Virus record (IMG/VR): IMGVR_UViG_3300032245_000795 | Coordinates: 32,001 to 96,000 of that record | Direction: 5' to 3' (one strand) | DNA from: a virus | Length of the DNA stretch: 64,000 bases | Part shown: one piece after another, positions 10,022-19,100 of the stretch | How positions within the stretch are numbered: position 1 is the first letter of the stretch | Layout: every line of letters begins with the position of its first letter | Translations under genes and position numbers: made by a program | Notes under the pieces: model-generated | What the model was told of the DNA's origin: nothing | The model's input: the letters and a program-made list of their open reading frames with translations, nothing else | Databases searched by the model: none

Positions 10022-11167
10022 ATGTCGGAACAAAATATAGAAAAGAACCAGCCTGGAACATCAGGTAATCTTGGTGGAACAGCACCAGGACTGTATCAGG
10101 GACAAGGTGCGTTCGCATCAGGCTCAGACGCAGGTTCAAACGTACCAGGTAATTACACCGATGGTGGCGTGTTAGGAAATATCCCAACAGCACTATCAGG
10201 CGTTACATCTGGACCAAATGCAGTTAACCCTTCAGGTGAGGCTGGATCAGGTATCCTACGCCCAGAGCAAGCACGTCGTTTTATTGACTACGTGTGGGAT
10301 GCAACCATTCTCGCCCAAGATGGCCGTCGCGTTACAATGAGAGCCAATACAATGGAACTCGAAAAGGTAAACGTCGGAGAGCGTGTTATTCGTGCAGCAG
10401 CGCAAGCAGTTGGCGATTACACAAACGCAGGTGCAACATTTTCAAAGGTTGAATTGACTACAAAGAAGATTCGTCTTGACTGGGAAGTATCTGCAGAAGC
10501 ACTAGAAGATAACATCGAAGGTGCAGCACTAGAAGATCACATCGTACGCTTGATGACAAACGCTTTCGGTAATGATATCGAAGACCTTGCAATCAACGGA
10601 GATGGCTCAACAGGAAACTTCCTTTCAATTATGGAAGGTTTCGTAAGCCATGTTAAGAATGACGGAGATGCACATGAAGCAGTTGTAACAGTTGCTAATG
10701 ATACTTGGTCAACAGACGCAATGCAGAAGATCATTCTTGCAATGCCACGTAAGTATCGTGCTATCAAGTCTAACTTGAAGTTCTATGCTGGTACAGATGC
10801 ATTCCAAGGAATCATCAAGAATAACGGTACACTTGCAGACGCAGTAGCAGAAGCATTTGCTAACCGTCCAGCAGGTACTGCTGCAAACCGTCAAGCATAC
10901 CTTGATGGCGCTGGACAGACATTCGGTGGAGCACGTACAACACGTGTTCTCGGAATTGACGTTCAGGAAGTTCCATACTACCCTGCAGGATATGTCGATT
11001 TGACATTCCCACAGAACCGTGTATGGGGATTCCAGCGTGACATTACTGTAAACCGTGAATACAAGCCAAAGAAGGATACTGTAGAATATACAGTCTTCGT
11101 TCGCTTCGGTATTCAATGGGAAGAGCAGGATGCAATCGCATGGGCTGACGCTGCAGCAGATGCATAA
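10022..11167 (+). CDS. major capsid protein (HK97 fold)
   Basis: GILRPEQARRFIDY, VSAEALEDNIEG, EDLAINGDG; strong SD AGGAGGTG; highly-expressed codon bias; followed by a hairpin. Confidence 0.92.
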   Translation: MSEQNIEKNQPGTSGNLGGTAPGLYQGQGAFASGSDAGSNVPGNYTDGGVLGNIPTALSGVTSGPNAVNPSGEAGSGILRPEQARRFIDYVWDATILAQDGRRVTMRANTMELEKVNVGERVIRAAAQAVGDYTNAGATFSKVELTTKKIRLDWEVSAEALEDNIEGAALEDHIVRLMTNAFGNDIEDLAINGDGSTGNFLSIMEGFVSHVKNDGDAHEAVVTVANDTWSTDAMQKIILAMPRKYRAIKSNLKFYAGTDAFQGIIKNNGTLADAVAEAFANRPAGTAANRQAYLDGAGQTFGGARTTRVLGIDVQEVPYYPAGYVDLTFPQNRVWGFQRDITVNREYKPKKDTVEYTVFVRFGIQWEEQDAIAWADAAADA

Positions 11168-11187
11168 TCTGTAAACAGTACATTTTA

Positions 11188-11226
11188 GGGGGAGTAGGAG
11201 TTAGTTCTCCTGCTCCCCTTATTACT
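11188..11226 (+). terminator. stem-loop / intrinsic terminator after the capsid gene
   Basis: GGGGAGTAGGAG-ttagtt-CTCCTGCTCCCC followed by TTATTAC. Confidence 0.7.
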
Positions 11227-11231
11227 TATAA

Positions 11232-11240
11232 TGATATAAT
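11232..11240 (+). promoter_or_regulatory. extended -10 promoter (TGATATAAT)
   Basis: Directly after the terminator and before SD AAGGAGG of 11258. Confidence 0.65.
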
Positions 11241-11257
11241 ACTAACAAGGAGGAATT

Positions 11258-11713
11258 ATGGAAAACATTAATGAAAATCCAATTGTAGAAGAAACACTAG
11301 CACCAGTTGTTGAGACATCAGTTGAAGAAGCACCAGTTGCTGAAGCACCAGTTGAAGCACCAATTGCAGAGCCAGTTGTAGAAACTCCAGTTGTAGAAGA
11401 GGCTGCCCAGGCAGTTGTTGAAGCACCTGCATATCAAGCACCTGAAGAAGTTCAGGCACTTGGATCAGTTGCAGAGGGTGTGATTGGTGCTACTACAGCA
11501 GCAGTTGCTTCCCCAAGAAAAAAGAAGGAAAAGGCTGCAGAAGTTAAAGAAAAGGTAGCACTTTATTCAACAAAGAATGTTACATGGTCAGAGGTAGGCA
11601 AGGTTTATCGTGGCTATAACATTGTTGATAAGGATGCTGCTGAAAAGTGGCTTACTCGTTCACATATTAGAATTGCTACTCCAGAAGAAGTTGCTAAGGA
11701 ATTTGGTAAGTAA
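11258..11713 (+). CDS. hypothetical head-associated protein with EAPV repeats
   Basis: Acidic, Pro-rich repetitive N-terminus (GAAGCACCAGTT units) and a small globular C-terminus; strong SD. Confidence 0.7.
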   Translation: MENINENPIVEETLAPVVETSVEEAPVAEAPVEAPIAEPVVETPVVEEAAQAVVEAPAYQAPEEVQALGSVAEGVIGATTAAVASPRKKKEKAAEVKEKVALYSTKNVTWSEVGKVYRGYNIVDKDAAEKWLTRSHIRIATPEEVAKEFGK

Positions 11714-11716
11714 TCA

Positions 11717-12625
11717 ATGGAGGTTATGAGAGTTCCACCTTATCCTATTGTAACAACATGGGAATTACCTATACAAAACTATACGTATATTCAATATGTT
11801 GAGGATTTGGTGGATCACTCAGTAATGGAAACAGAGGTTCAATCAGATGCCAATGGCATAGTTGAATACGTCTTACAGTTAGAAAAAATACAGTTTGATA
11901 GAAAATTTCTTATTCGTTTTTATGATACAGAACATGAGCATATTTTATATGAAAGCAACTTGGACGTAATTCGTCCATATGTTAATGCAAATAAACTTGG
12001 CACAACGGCATCAGAAATTACAGAATACAGAATGCTTGAACTTGTTTCAAGATCAATCATTGACACTATTATTCCAAATGGTTTTTATAATTACAAAAAA
12101 ATTATTCAGGCAGTTGGTCAGGGATCTGATTATTTCCCATTATGGTATGACACAAATAAGGTTTTAAAAGTTTATGAAAACAATGTTTTGGTTTATGATG
12201 TTGACACTCCAGAACTAAATGAATATGACTATTTAATTACGTTAGATAATTCTGCAATTCAAAGAGTTATTTCTGGTGTATATAATAGATCAGAGCAGGC
12301 TGTTCCAAACCTTCCAGTAGGGAGAGGAGATCTTGGGTATTATGGTTATAAATCAATTGCTTTCCCACAAGGATATGACTATACATTTGTAGTATCTACA
12401 GGGTATCTAACAATTCCATCAGATGTAGAATATGCAACAAAAACTTTAATGGAAGATATTAAATGTGGAAAACTTGATTACTATAAGAGATATGTAACTT
12501 CTTATAATACAGATCAGTTTAAAATTCAGTTTGACAAATCAGTTCTTAATGGAACTGGTAACATGCTAGTAGATAAGATATTAGATAAGTATTCAAATAC
12601 TATTCTTAAACCAGGGATAATTTAA
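11717..12625 (+). CDS. head-to-tail adaptor
   Basis: Position; GY..IPSDVEYAT and GTGNMLVDKILDKY C-terminus typical of adaptors. Confidence 0.65.
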   Translation: MEVMRVPPYPIVTTWELPIQNYTYIQYVEDLVDHSVMETEVQSDANGIVEYVLQLEKIQFDRKFLIRFYDTEHEHILYESNLDVIRPYVNANKLGTTASEITEYRMLELVSRSIIDTIIPNGFYNYKKIIQAVGQGSDYFPLWYDTNKVLKVYENNVLVYDVDTPELNEYDYLITLDNSAIQRVISGVYNRSEQAVPNLPVGRGDLGYYGYKSIAFPQGYDYTFVVSTGYLTIPSDVEYATKTLMEDIKCGKLDYYKRYVTSYNTDQFKIQFDKSVLNGTGNMLVDKILDKYSNTILKPGII

Positions 12626-13071
12626 TGATATGCGAAGAGCCAGACTTTGTCTTTCCATTACAGGCCGATATTTACTATCCAATTGTTGAGCAAGAAATTT
12701 ATGGAAATGTTAAAAAAACTTGGATTTTAGATAAGACGATTGCAGCAAACTTTAATACAGTAGGAACTGCTGGTAAAGAAGAAATTAAACCAAACGTAAA
12801 TATTACACAACGAACAACACTGGTTGGAAGAGTTAAAACAGATCTTCGTATATCAAGTTTGGACTCCCCACATTCAATAACAAACATTATCTTAACAAAT
12901 ATTCGTGATAAAAATTGTAATTATATATACACAGAAACTTCTGGTCCAAGATCTGGAAAATCTACAATATTTGAAATAGCAACGCAGGAACCATTTGTTG
13001 GGCCTTTTGGTGGAATAGAATACTATAACTTGGTAATAAGAAGGTCTGAAAATCAGGCGGTAGATATATAA
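12625..13071 (+). CDS. head closure (stopper) protein
   Basis: Size and synteny in the neck module; translationally coupled. Confidence 0.5.
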   Translation: MICEEPDFVFPLQADIYYPIVEQEIYGNVKKTWILDKTIAANFNTVGTAGKEEIKPNVNITQRTTLVGRVKTDLRISSLDSPHSITNIILTNIRDKNCNYIYTETSGPRSGKSTIFEIATQEPFVGPFGGIEYYNLVIRRSENQAVDI

Positions 13072-13745
13072 TGTTAAAAGTTATTATAGACAGCAAGCAG
13101 TTTCAAAAAGAAATTAGCAATATCATGAACTACTCTACTGGGTTTTTAGAGGGAATTCAAAAAGGTAAGGTAGAACTTTACGCATCTCTAGCACCAAAAA
13201 TATCAGAACTAGCAGCACAGTTTATTGATGTTAATGCAAGAATGTCTCCACAACTACTTCATCATATATATGAGTGGGAAAAAGTAGGAAGTCCAGAAGC
13301 AAGACTATTTGATTTAGATTATAAAATTAGCAATATTGGTATAACATTTACATCGTCATTAAAACAATCTACATCGATTAAAAATGGATCAAATGTTCCA
13401 TTTTATAATAAAGCAAAAATAATGGAAGAAGGAACTTCTATTACTATTAAACCTAAAAAAGCAAATGCTTTAAGGTTTGAAATTGATGGAGAAGAAATCT
13501 ATACTTCAAAAGATGTTATTGTCAAAAAGCCTGGTGGCCAGACACAGGGTCAGTTTGAAAATATAGTCGATAAATTTTTTGGAGTATATTTTAGACAGTC
13601 ATTTTTAAATTCAAGTGGCTTGCTTCAATACTTTCAGACCCCACAGACTTATAAAAAGAATTTGGCATCTGCAAAAAGAGGCGGTAGGGCTCTAGGTCTT
13701 AAGACGGGCTATCGCTGGGTAGTAGATGCAGGAAGGATCTCATAA
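13071..13745 (+). CDS. neck/tail completion protein (HK97 gp10-like position)
   Basis: Synteny; IKPKKANALRF..V..PG motif common in neck proteins. Confidence 0.5.
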   Translation: MLKVIIDSKQFQKEISNIMNYSTGFLEGIQKGKVELYASLAPKISELAAQFIDVNARMSPQLLHHIYEWEKVGSPEARLFDLDYKISNIGITFTSSLKQSTSIKNGSNVPFYNKAKIMEEGTSITIKPKKANALRFEIDGEEIYTSKDVIVKKPGGQTQGQFENIVDKFFGVYFRQSFLNSSGLLQYFQTPQTYKKNLASAKRGGRALGLKTGYRWVVDAGRIS

Positions 13746-14299
13746 TGACAGAATCAACATCAACGCTAAATACTCCAGGGTTATGGGTAAACAAATATTT
13801 ACAAGAAAAAATTTATGCAAGTGCAGATATAGCAATGCCATTTTTTCCAACAGCGCCCAACACAATAGATGATTTAACCGAACAATGGGTAGTAATAAAT
13901 GATGAAAGACTCTCCTACCAAGGGGTTGTTGCTGTATATGATAGATTGATTAGAATGAGAAGATCTCCATTTCCACATATTAAATGCGAACAACTTCTTT
14001 ATTATTTTTATGCAACTCAAAACAATGTTACTAAAAGTATGATACAGGTACAAGAGGCAGTTTTAAGGCTTATGGACCGTGGAGACGAGTCTGCCGAAGA
14101 CATAAACACTTGGGCAAAAGGAAAAACCCTTGATGGAATGTCATGTAAGTTCTATTTTCATAATTTTAAGATATATCAATTAGAGGAAGTTAGGGATATA
14201 ATTGATTTTGGCACAGCCCGTACTTATGGCGGTAACAAGATAATTATTGACTACGACTACCATCAGATGCAAGACATTATAGACTCAGTAATCTCTTAA
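13745..14299 (+). CDS. tail terminator-like protein
   Basis: Directly upstream of the major tail protein gene; size fits. Confidence 0.45.
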   Translation: MTESTSTLNTPGLWVNKYLQEKIYASADIAMPFFPTAPNTIDDLTEQWVVINDERLSYQGVVAVYDRLIRMRRSPFPHIKCEQLLYYFYATQNNVTKSMIQVQEAVLRLMDRGDESAEDINTWAKGKTLDGMSCKFYFHNFKIYQLEEVRDIIDFGTARTYGGNKIIIDYDYHQMQDIIDSVIS

Positions 14300-14368
14300 A
14301 AAGGGTTGTATAATTAAGGTGAGGAAACAAGCCCTTTTAATCCAAAAGAAAAAAAAGAGGTGAAAAAT

Positions 14369-14989
14369 ATGGCATATACACGTGGTAGCAGCAACAATAT
14401 TATTGTTGGAGCAGCAGCCCTCTTCACACATGAAGACGGCGTACTCACAGACGAAGGACTTCCAGCATATGTAGCAGGAACATCATACAGAGAGACACTC
14501 TCAAACGATGCAGACTTCCGCAATGTTGGTTATACAATGAATGGTTTGGAAATTCAGTTCCAGCCAGATTTTGGTGAAGTAGCAGTAGACCAGGTACTTG
14601 ACGTTGCTAAGTTGTTTAAGCAAGGCATGCAGGTAAACCTAAATACTACATTCGCAGAATCAACACTAGAGAACCTATTGTTTGCACTAGCAGGCAAGGA
14701 TGGAGATCTAAATACAGTATCAGGAAACCCAACACTTAACCTTTCAGCAGGAGACATCGGCGAATGCCCAGTCGAACGTGGTTTGGTAGCAGTTGGTCCA
14801 GGAACTGGAGATTGTGCAATTGGAGATGAACTCGAAAGAGTTTACGTAGCATACCGTGCTCTTTCAATCGAAAGCGTAACAGTATCTGCAAAGAGAGATG
14901 AAGCGACAATGTTCGAAGTATCATTCCGTCTTCTTCCAAATGATGATGCGTCATACGGTAAGATCGTAGACCGCACTATCCCAGCATAA
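14369..14989 (+). CDS. major tail (tube) protein
   Basis: NVGYTMNGLEIQFQPDFGEVAVDQ...FAESTLENL; SD GAGGTG before ATG 14369; highly-expressed codons; terminator follows. Confidence 0.85.
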   Translation: MAYTRGSSNNIIVGAAALFTHEDGVLTDEGLPAYVAGTSYRETLSNDADFRNVGYTMNGLEIQFQPDFGEVAVDQVLDVAKLFKQGMQVNLNTTFAESTLENLLFALAGKDGDLNTVSGNPTLNLSAGDIGECPVERGLVAVGPGTGDCAIGDELERVYVAYRALSIESVTVSAKRDEATMFEVSFRLLPNDDASYGKIVDRTIPA

Positions 14990-15004
14990 TACAACTTAAT
15001 ATAC

Positions 15005-15041
15005 GAGAGGCTCAATCCTTCGGGGTTGGGCCTTTCTGTTT
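15005..15041 (+). terminator. intrinsic terminator with a UUCG tetraloop
   Basis: GAGAGGCTCAATCC-TTCG-GGGTTGGGCCTTTC then TGTTT. Confidence 0.8.
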
Positions 15042-15049
15042 GGTATACT
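15041..15049 (+). promoter_or_regulatory. extended -10 promoter (TGGTATACT), leaderless start at 15056
   Basis: The last T of the -10 box is exactly 7 nt before ATG 15056; no SD. Confidence 0.65.
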
Positions 15050-15055
15050 TATATA

Positions 15056-15760
15056 ATGCCTACAGAAATATACAAAACCTCAATCATTGAACTCTTTGAT
15101 GGCACAGAAATTTACATTACTCCATTAAAAATAAAATATTTAAAGTTATTTTTAGATGAGTTTCAAAATGTAAAAGCATCAAAAAATGATGATGAAGCAA
15201 TGTTTTATCTTGCTAAGTGTGCAACTATTACTATGAGGCAATATTGCCCAAGTATAAAAAATCAAGAACAACTAGAAGATAATATTGATATGCCAACAAT
15301 TTATAAGTTGTTAGATTTTTCAGCAGGAATAAAGATAAATGAAAAATCTGAAGAGACAGTAAAATCTCAAGCAACAGAAAGTGGATCTTCATGGGATGAT
15401 CTAGATTTAGCAGAGTTAGAGGCAGAGGTGTTTTTGCTTGGTATATGGAAAGATTATGATGAACTAGAATCATCTATGTCAATGCCAGAAATAATGGCAA
15501 CACTTAAAGTAAAAAGAGAACTTGACTATTCTCAAAAAAAGTTTCTTGCTGCCATGCAAGGTGTTGATTTAGATAAGGCAAGCAACAAAGGCAATGCATG
15601 GGAAGAAATGAAAGCCAGGGTGTTTAGTGGTGGTCAAGCAGCAGACTCTAAAGATATTGTTGCTCTTCAAGGATACAATGCACAAAAAGCAGGGTTTGGA
15701 ATTGGTATGGGCTTAACCTATGAAAAATTAGACGAATCTGTACCGTCCAGCGTGGTATAA
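15056..15760 (+). CDS. tail assembly chaperone, long (G-T-like) form encoded in one frame
   Basis: The first ~100 aa are paralogous to 15790..16116, followed by a C-terminal WDDLDLAELEAEVFLLG domain; lies between the tail tube and TMP genes. Confidence 0.75.
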   Translation: MPTEIYKTSIIELFDGTEIYITPLKIKYLKLFLDEFQNVKASKNDDEAMFYLAKCATITMRQYCPSIKNQEQLEDNIDMPTIYKLLDFSAGIKINEKSEETVKSQATESGSSWDDLDLAELEAEVFLLGIWKDYDELESSMSMPEIMATLKVKRELDYSQKKFLAAMQGVDLDKASNKGNAWEEMKARVFSGGQAADSKDIVALQGYNAQKAGFGIGMGLTYEKLDESVPSSVV

Positions 15761-15761
15761 T
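15753..15761 (+). promoter_or_regulatory. extended -10 promoter (TGGTATAAT) overlapping the upstream stop codon
   Basis: Consensus match upstream of SD AAGGAGG of 15790. Confidence 0.6.
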
Positions 15762-15789
15762 TAATTGTTAACCTACAAGGAGGAAAACT

Positions 15790-16116
15790 ATGGCTAATAA
15801 GCCTTCAACCGATAGAACTATCAAGTTAATAGATGGAACAGAAATTGCAGTAAGACCACTTAAACTATCATTGCTTAGACCATTTATGTCTAAGTTTGCA
15901 TTGCTTTCAGCAGTCTCTGATGATAACGATAAGTCTATGGATATTCTTATTGATTGCGTACAAATTGCAATGAAACAATTCAAGCCAGAATTGGCAGAAA
16001 GTAGAGAGGTTCTAGAAGATAGCCTGGACCTTCCTACAGTTTACGAAATTATTGATGCAGCATCAGGTGTTCAGAACTCTGAGACAAGCGCAGTATTATC
16101 TTCGTTAACAAAATAA
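15790..16116 (+). CDS. tail assembly chaperone, short (G-like) form
   Basis: LIDGTEIAVRPLKL...LEDSLDLPTVYEIIDAASG; strong SD; immediately before the TMP gene. Confidence 0.75.
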   Translation: MANKPSTDRTIKLIDGTEIAVRPLKLSLLRPFMSKFALLSAVSDDNDKSMDILIDCVQIAMKQFKPELAESREVLEDSLDLPTVYEIIDAASGVQNSETSAVLSSLTK

Positions 16117-16137
16117 AATAAAAGAGGTGTTTGAGAA

Positions 16138-19100
16138 TTGGCAGATGTAAACTCTAATATAAATATTAATTTTGATACAACTGCCGCTCTTGCACAACTA
16201 CGTTCTTTACAGGCAGGCCTCAGCAGGTTTCATCAAACACTTGCTGAGGGCAACCTGGCTGCTGCAAATGCTCAAAAAGGTTTAAACGCACAACTTATAC
16301 AATCTGTTGGTGCTACAGGAAAATTCTCAGCAAGCCAAGTTAAAGTTGCTGGAAGCACACTAGCGTTCACGTCTGCATTAGAAAAAAATAAACTATCTCT
16401 TCGTGATTATTACAGATACACCATGGCAGCAGCAACTGCCAATACTCGTGTAATGGGGAAGGCATTTGCAGAAGAACGAGAGATTATAAATCGTGCTCGC
16501 AGAGATAGAGTAAAAGCCTTACAAGCACAATATATCCAGATGAATAAATCCAATGCTGGGTTTATGGATGCAATTAAAATTATGCCAAAAAGCCTTCAAA
16601 TGGCTAGTGGAAAGTTTACAGAACTTGGAACAAGAATTCAGTATGCTGCACAAAAACAACAGTTCTTAAATCAACTATTAAAACAAGGATCAACACAACT
16701 ATTAAACTTTGGTAAGAATACTCAGTGGGCTGGTCGCCAGTTGATGGTTGGTCTCACAATGCCACTTGCCTTGTTTGGATCTGCAGCAGCAAAAGCATTT
16801 AAAGAGTTTGACGCTGAAGTTGTTAAGTTCCGTCGTGTATATGGAAATGCATTTACAAATGATGCAGAGGTTAATGCAGCAGTTGAAAATATAAGAAAAT
16901 TATCAAATGAGTATGTAAAGTATGGAGTCTCTGTTACAAAGACTATGGAGATGGCTGCAACAGCAGCAGCAGCAGGCTTTGAAGGATCAGCACTTACAAC
17001 ACAGGTTGAAACAGCAACAAAGTTAGCAGTACTTGGCCAGATTGAGCAGCAGCAGGCACTTGAAACAACAATATCTTTGCAAACTGCATTTGGTCTTTCT
17101 AGTGAAGACCTTGCAAAGAAAATTAACTTTCTTAACGCAGTAGAAAACCAAACACTTTTATCTATTGAAGATTTAACTATTGCAATTCCAAAAGCAGCAC
17201 CAGTTATAAAGCAACTTGGTGGATCTGTTGAAGATTTAGCCTTCTTCCTTACAGCAATGAAAGAGGGTGGAATTAATGCATCAGAAGGTGCTAACGCACT
17301 TAAGTCTGGTCTTGCATCATTAATTAATCCATCTGACAAAGCAGCAAAGTTTCTTGGCAACTTAGGAATTAATGTTAAAGGACTTGTTGAAGCAAACAAG
17401 GGTGACATAAAAGGAATTGTTGTTGGATTTGCAAGAGCCCTTGATGAACTTGATCCACTTAATCGTGCAAGAGCAATTGAGCAGATGTTTGGTAAGTTCC
17501 AGTTTGCACGTCTATCAACATTATTTCAGAATGTAACTAAGGATGGATCTCAAGCATCAAGAGCATTTCAATTAGCAGGGGCATCAATAGAAGAGTTAGC
17601 AATCTTATCCGAAAGAGAAATGAAGAAGATAGAAGACTCAACTGGTGCTAAATTCCAGGCAGCATTAGAGAACCTTAAGCAAGAAATTATGCCTTTAGGA
17701 AAAGCATTTCTTGAGGCTTTAACACCAGTAGTTAAGTTTTTTTCAGGACTTCTTGAAAAGTTTAATGGTCTTGGAGATAATACAAAAAAGGTTATTGCAA
17801 TAACTGTTGCAGCAGTTGCAGGTCTTGGCCCAGTACTACTTATGACATTTGGTCTTCTAATGAATGGTGTTGCAAACGTTATTAAATTGTTTGCAATGCT
17901 TCGTGGAGGAATTGCTAAGTTAAACGGACAAACAGGTGTAATGGGTGCAGGCTTTAACTATATGACACAAGAGCAGATTGAAAATGCTGCATCTTCTGAA
18001 CAACTTCACCAAACACATTCAAGATTAATACAAGTTTTTAATGTTGAAAAAAGTTCTGTAAATGCTCTTGCTGCATCCTACAATTCATTAAGTACACAGA
18101 TGAGAGGCATGGCAACACAGAACCCCGCGTTATTTGCAGGTGGAGTTCGTGGTGCTAAAAGAGCAGTAAGCGGATTACCACCAGTTAAAAAGTATAGAGA
18201 AGGAGTACTGAGCGTACCAGGTCCAAAGGGTGCAGGAGATGTTGTTCCAGCAATGCTTTCTCCAGGAGAAGCAGTTATTCCTACAGAAACAACTAATAAA
18301 TATAGAGGTTTGATTTCTGCAATGTTCCAAGATAAAGTTCCAGGATTTATGGCTGGAAGACTTCCTGGAGGACCAGGCAGAGGAATACCTTTATCATCAG
18401 GCCCAGAAGCCTTTAGAAAAGCGCAGCAGGCACAATACAGAAGAGTAAACGATGCTCGTCAGGGATATTCTGAACCACATCCAGAAAAGAAAACAGGACC
18501 AACTTTTGTTGGAATGCCAAAGGGATCTCAAGAAGCGTCACAGTCTAGACAAATTTTAGATAAGATTTCAGATCAAGTTAAAATTGGAAAATTTGGATCT
18601 GTTCCACCAACAAACTTTGGAACAATGCTTCAATCATTTTCTGGAAGAAGTTTTCCTGCACGTGGAGTTGGCGGTGTATACAGAAAATCTAATGGACAGA
18701 TAGTAGTAGTAAAACCAACAATAGATGAAAAAACTGCATTGGCAGAAGTTCGTGCTACTCAAATTGCTAGAGAAGTTCATGGACTTGTATCTCCAAAGCA
18801 AACTATTAGAACAATGATGGATCCAACAGATCCAACAGGTCAAAGAAAGTTTATTGTGATTGAGTCCCCATATGATCCAAGAATAGCCTCTATGACTGGT
18901 AAGTTTTCAAAGTCTGACATGGTTAAGCAATTAGTTGCATCAACGCTAAGAGGAGACAAAGATTTACAAAAACCAAACTTGTCTGGAAATGTGTTAGCAG
19001 ATGTTGGAACTGCTGGAGTATTCGATAGGGCATCTGGCTTTAGAGATTTTGCTAAAGTTATGCCAAGCATGGAACAACAAGCAGTTGTAAATCTTCTTGG

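Noticed and set aside
15300-16137. Programmed -1 frameshift in the tail chaperone locus
   Set aside because: The long form is already one frame, and no T-frame ORF lies between the short gene and the TMP.
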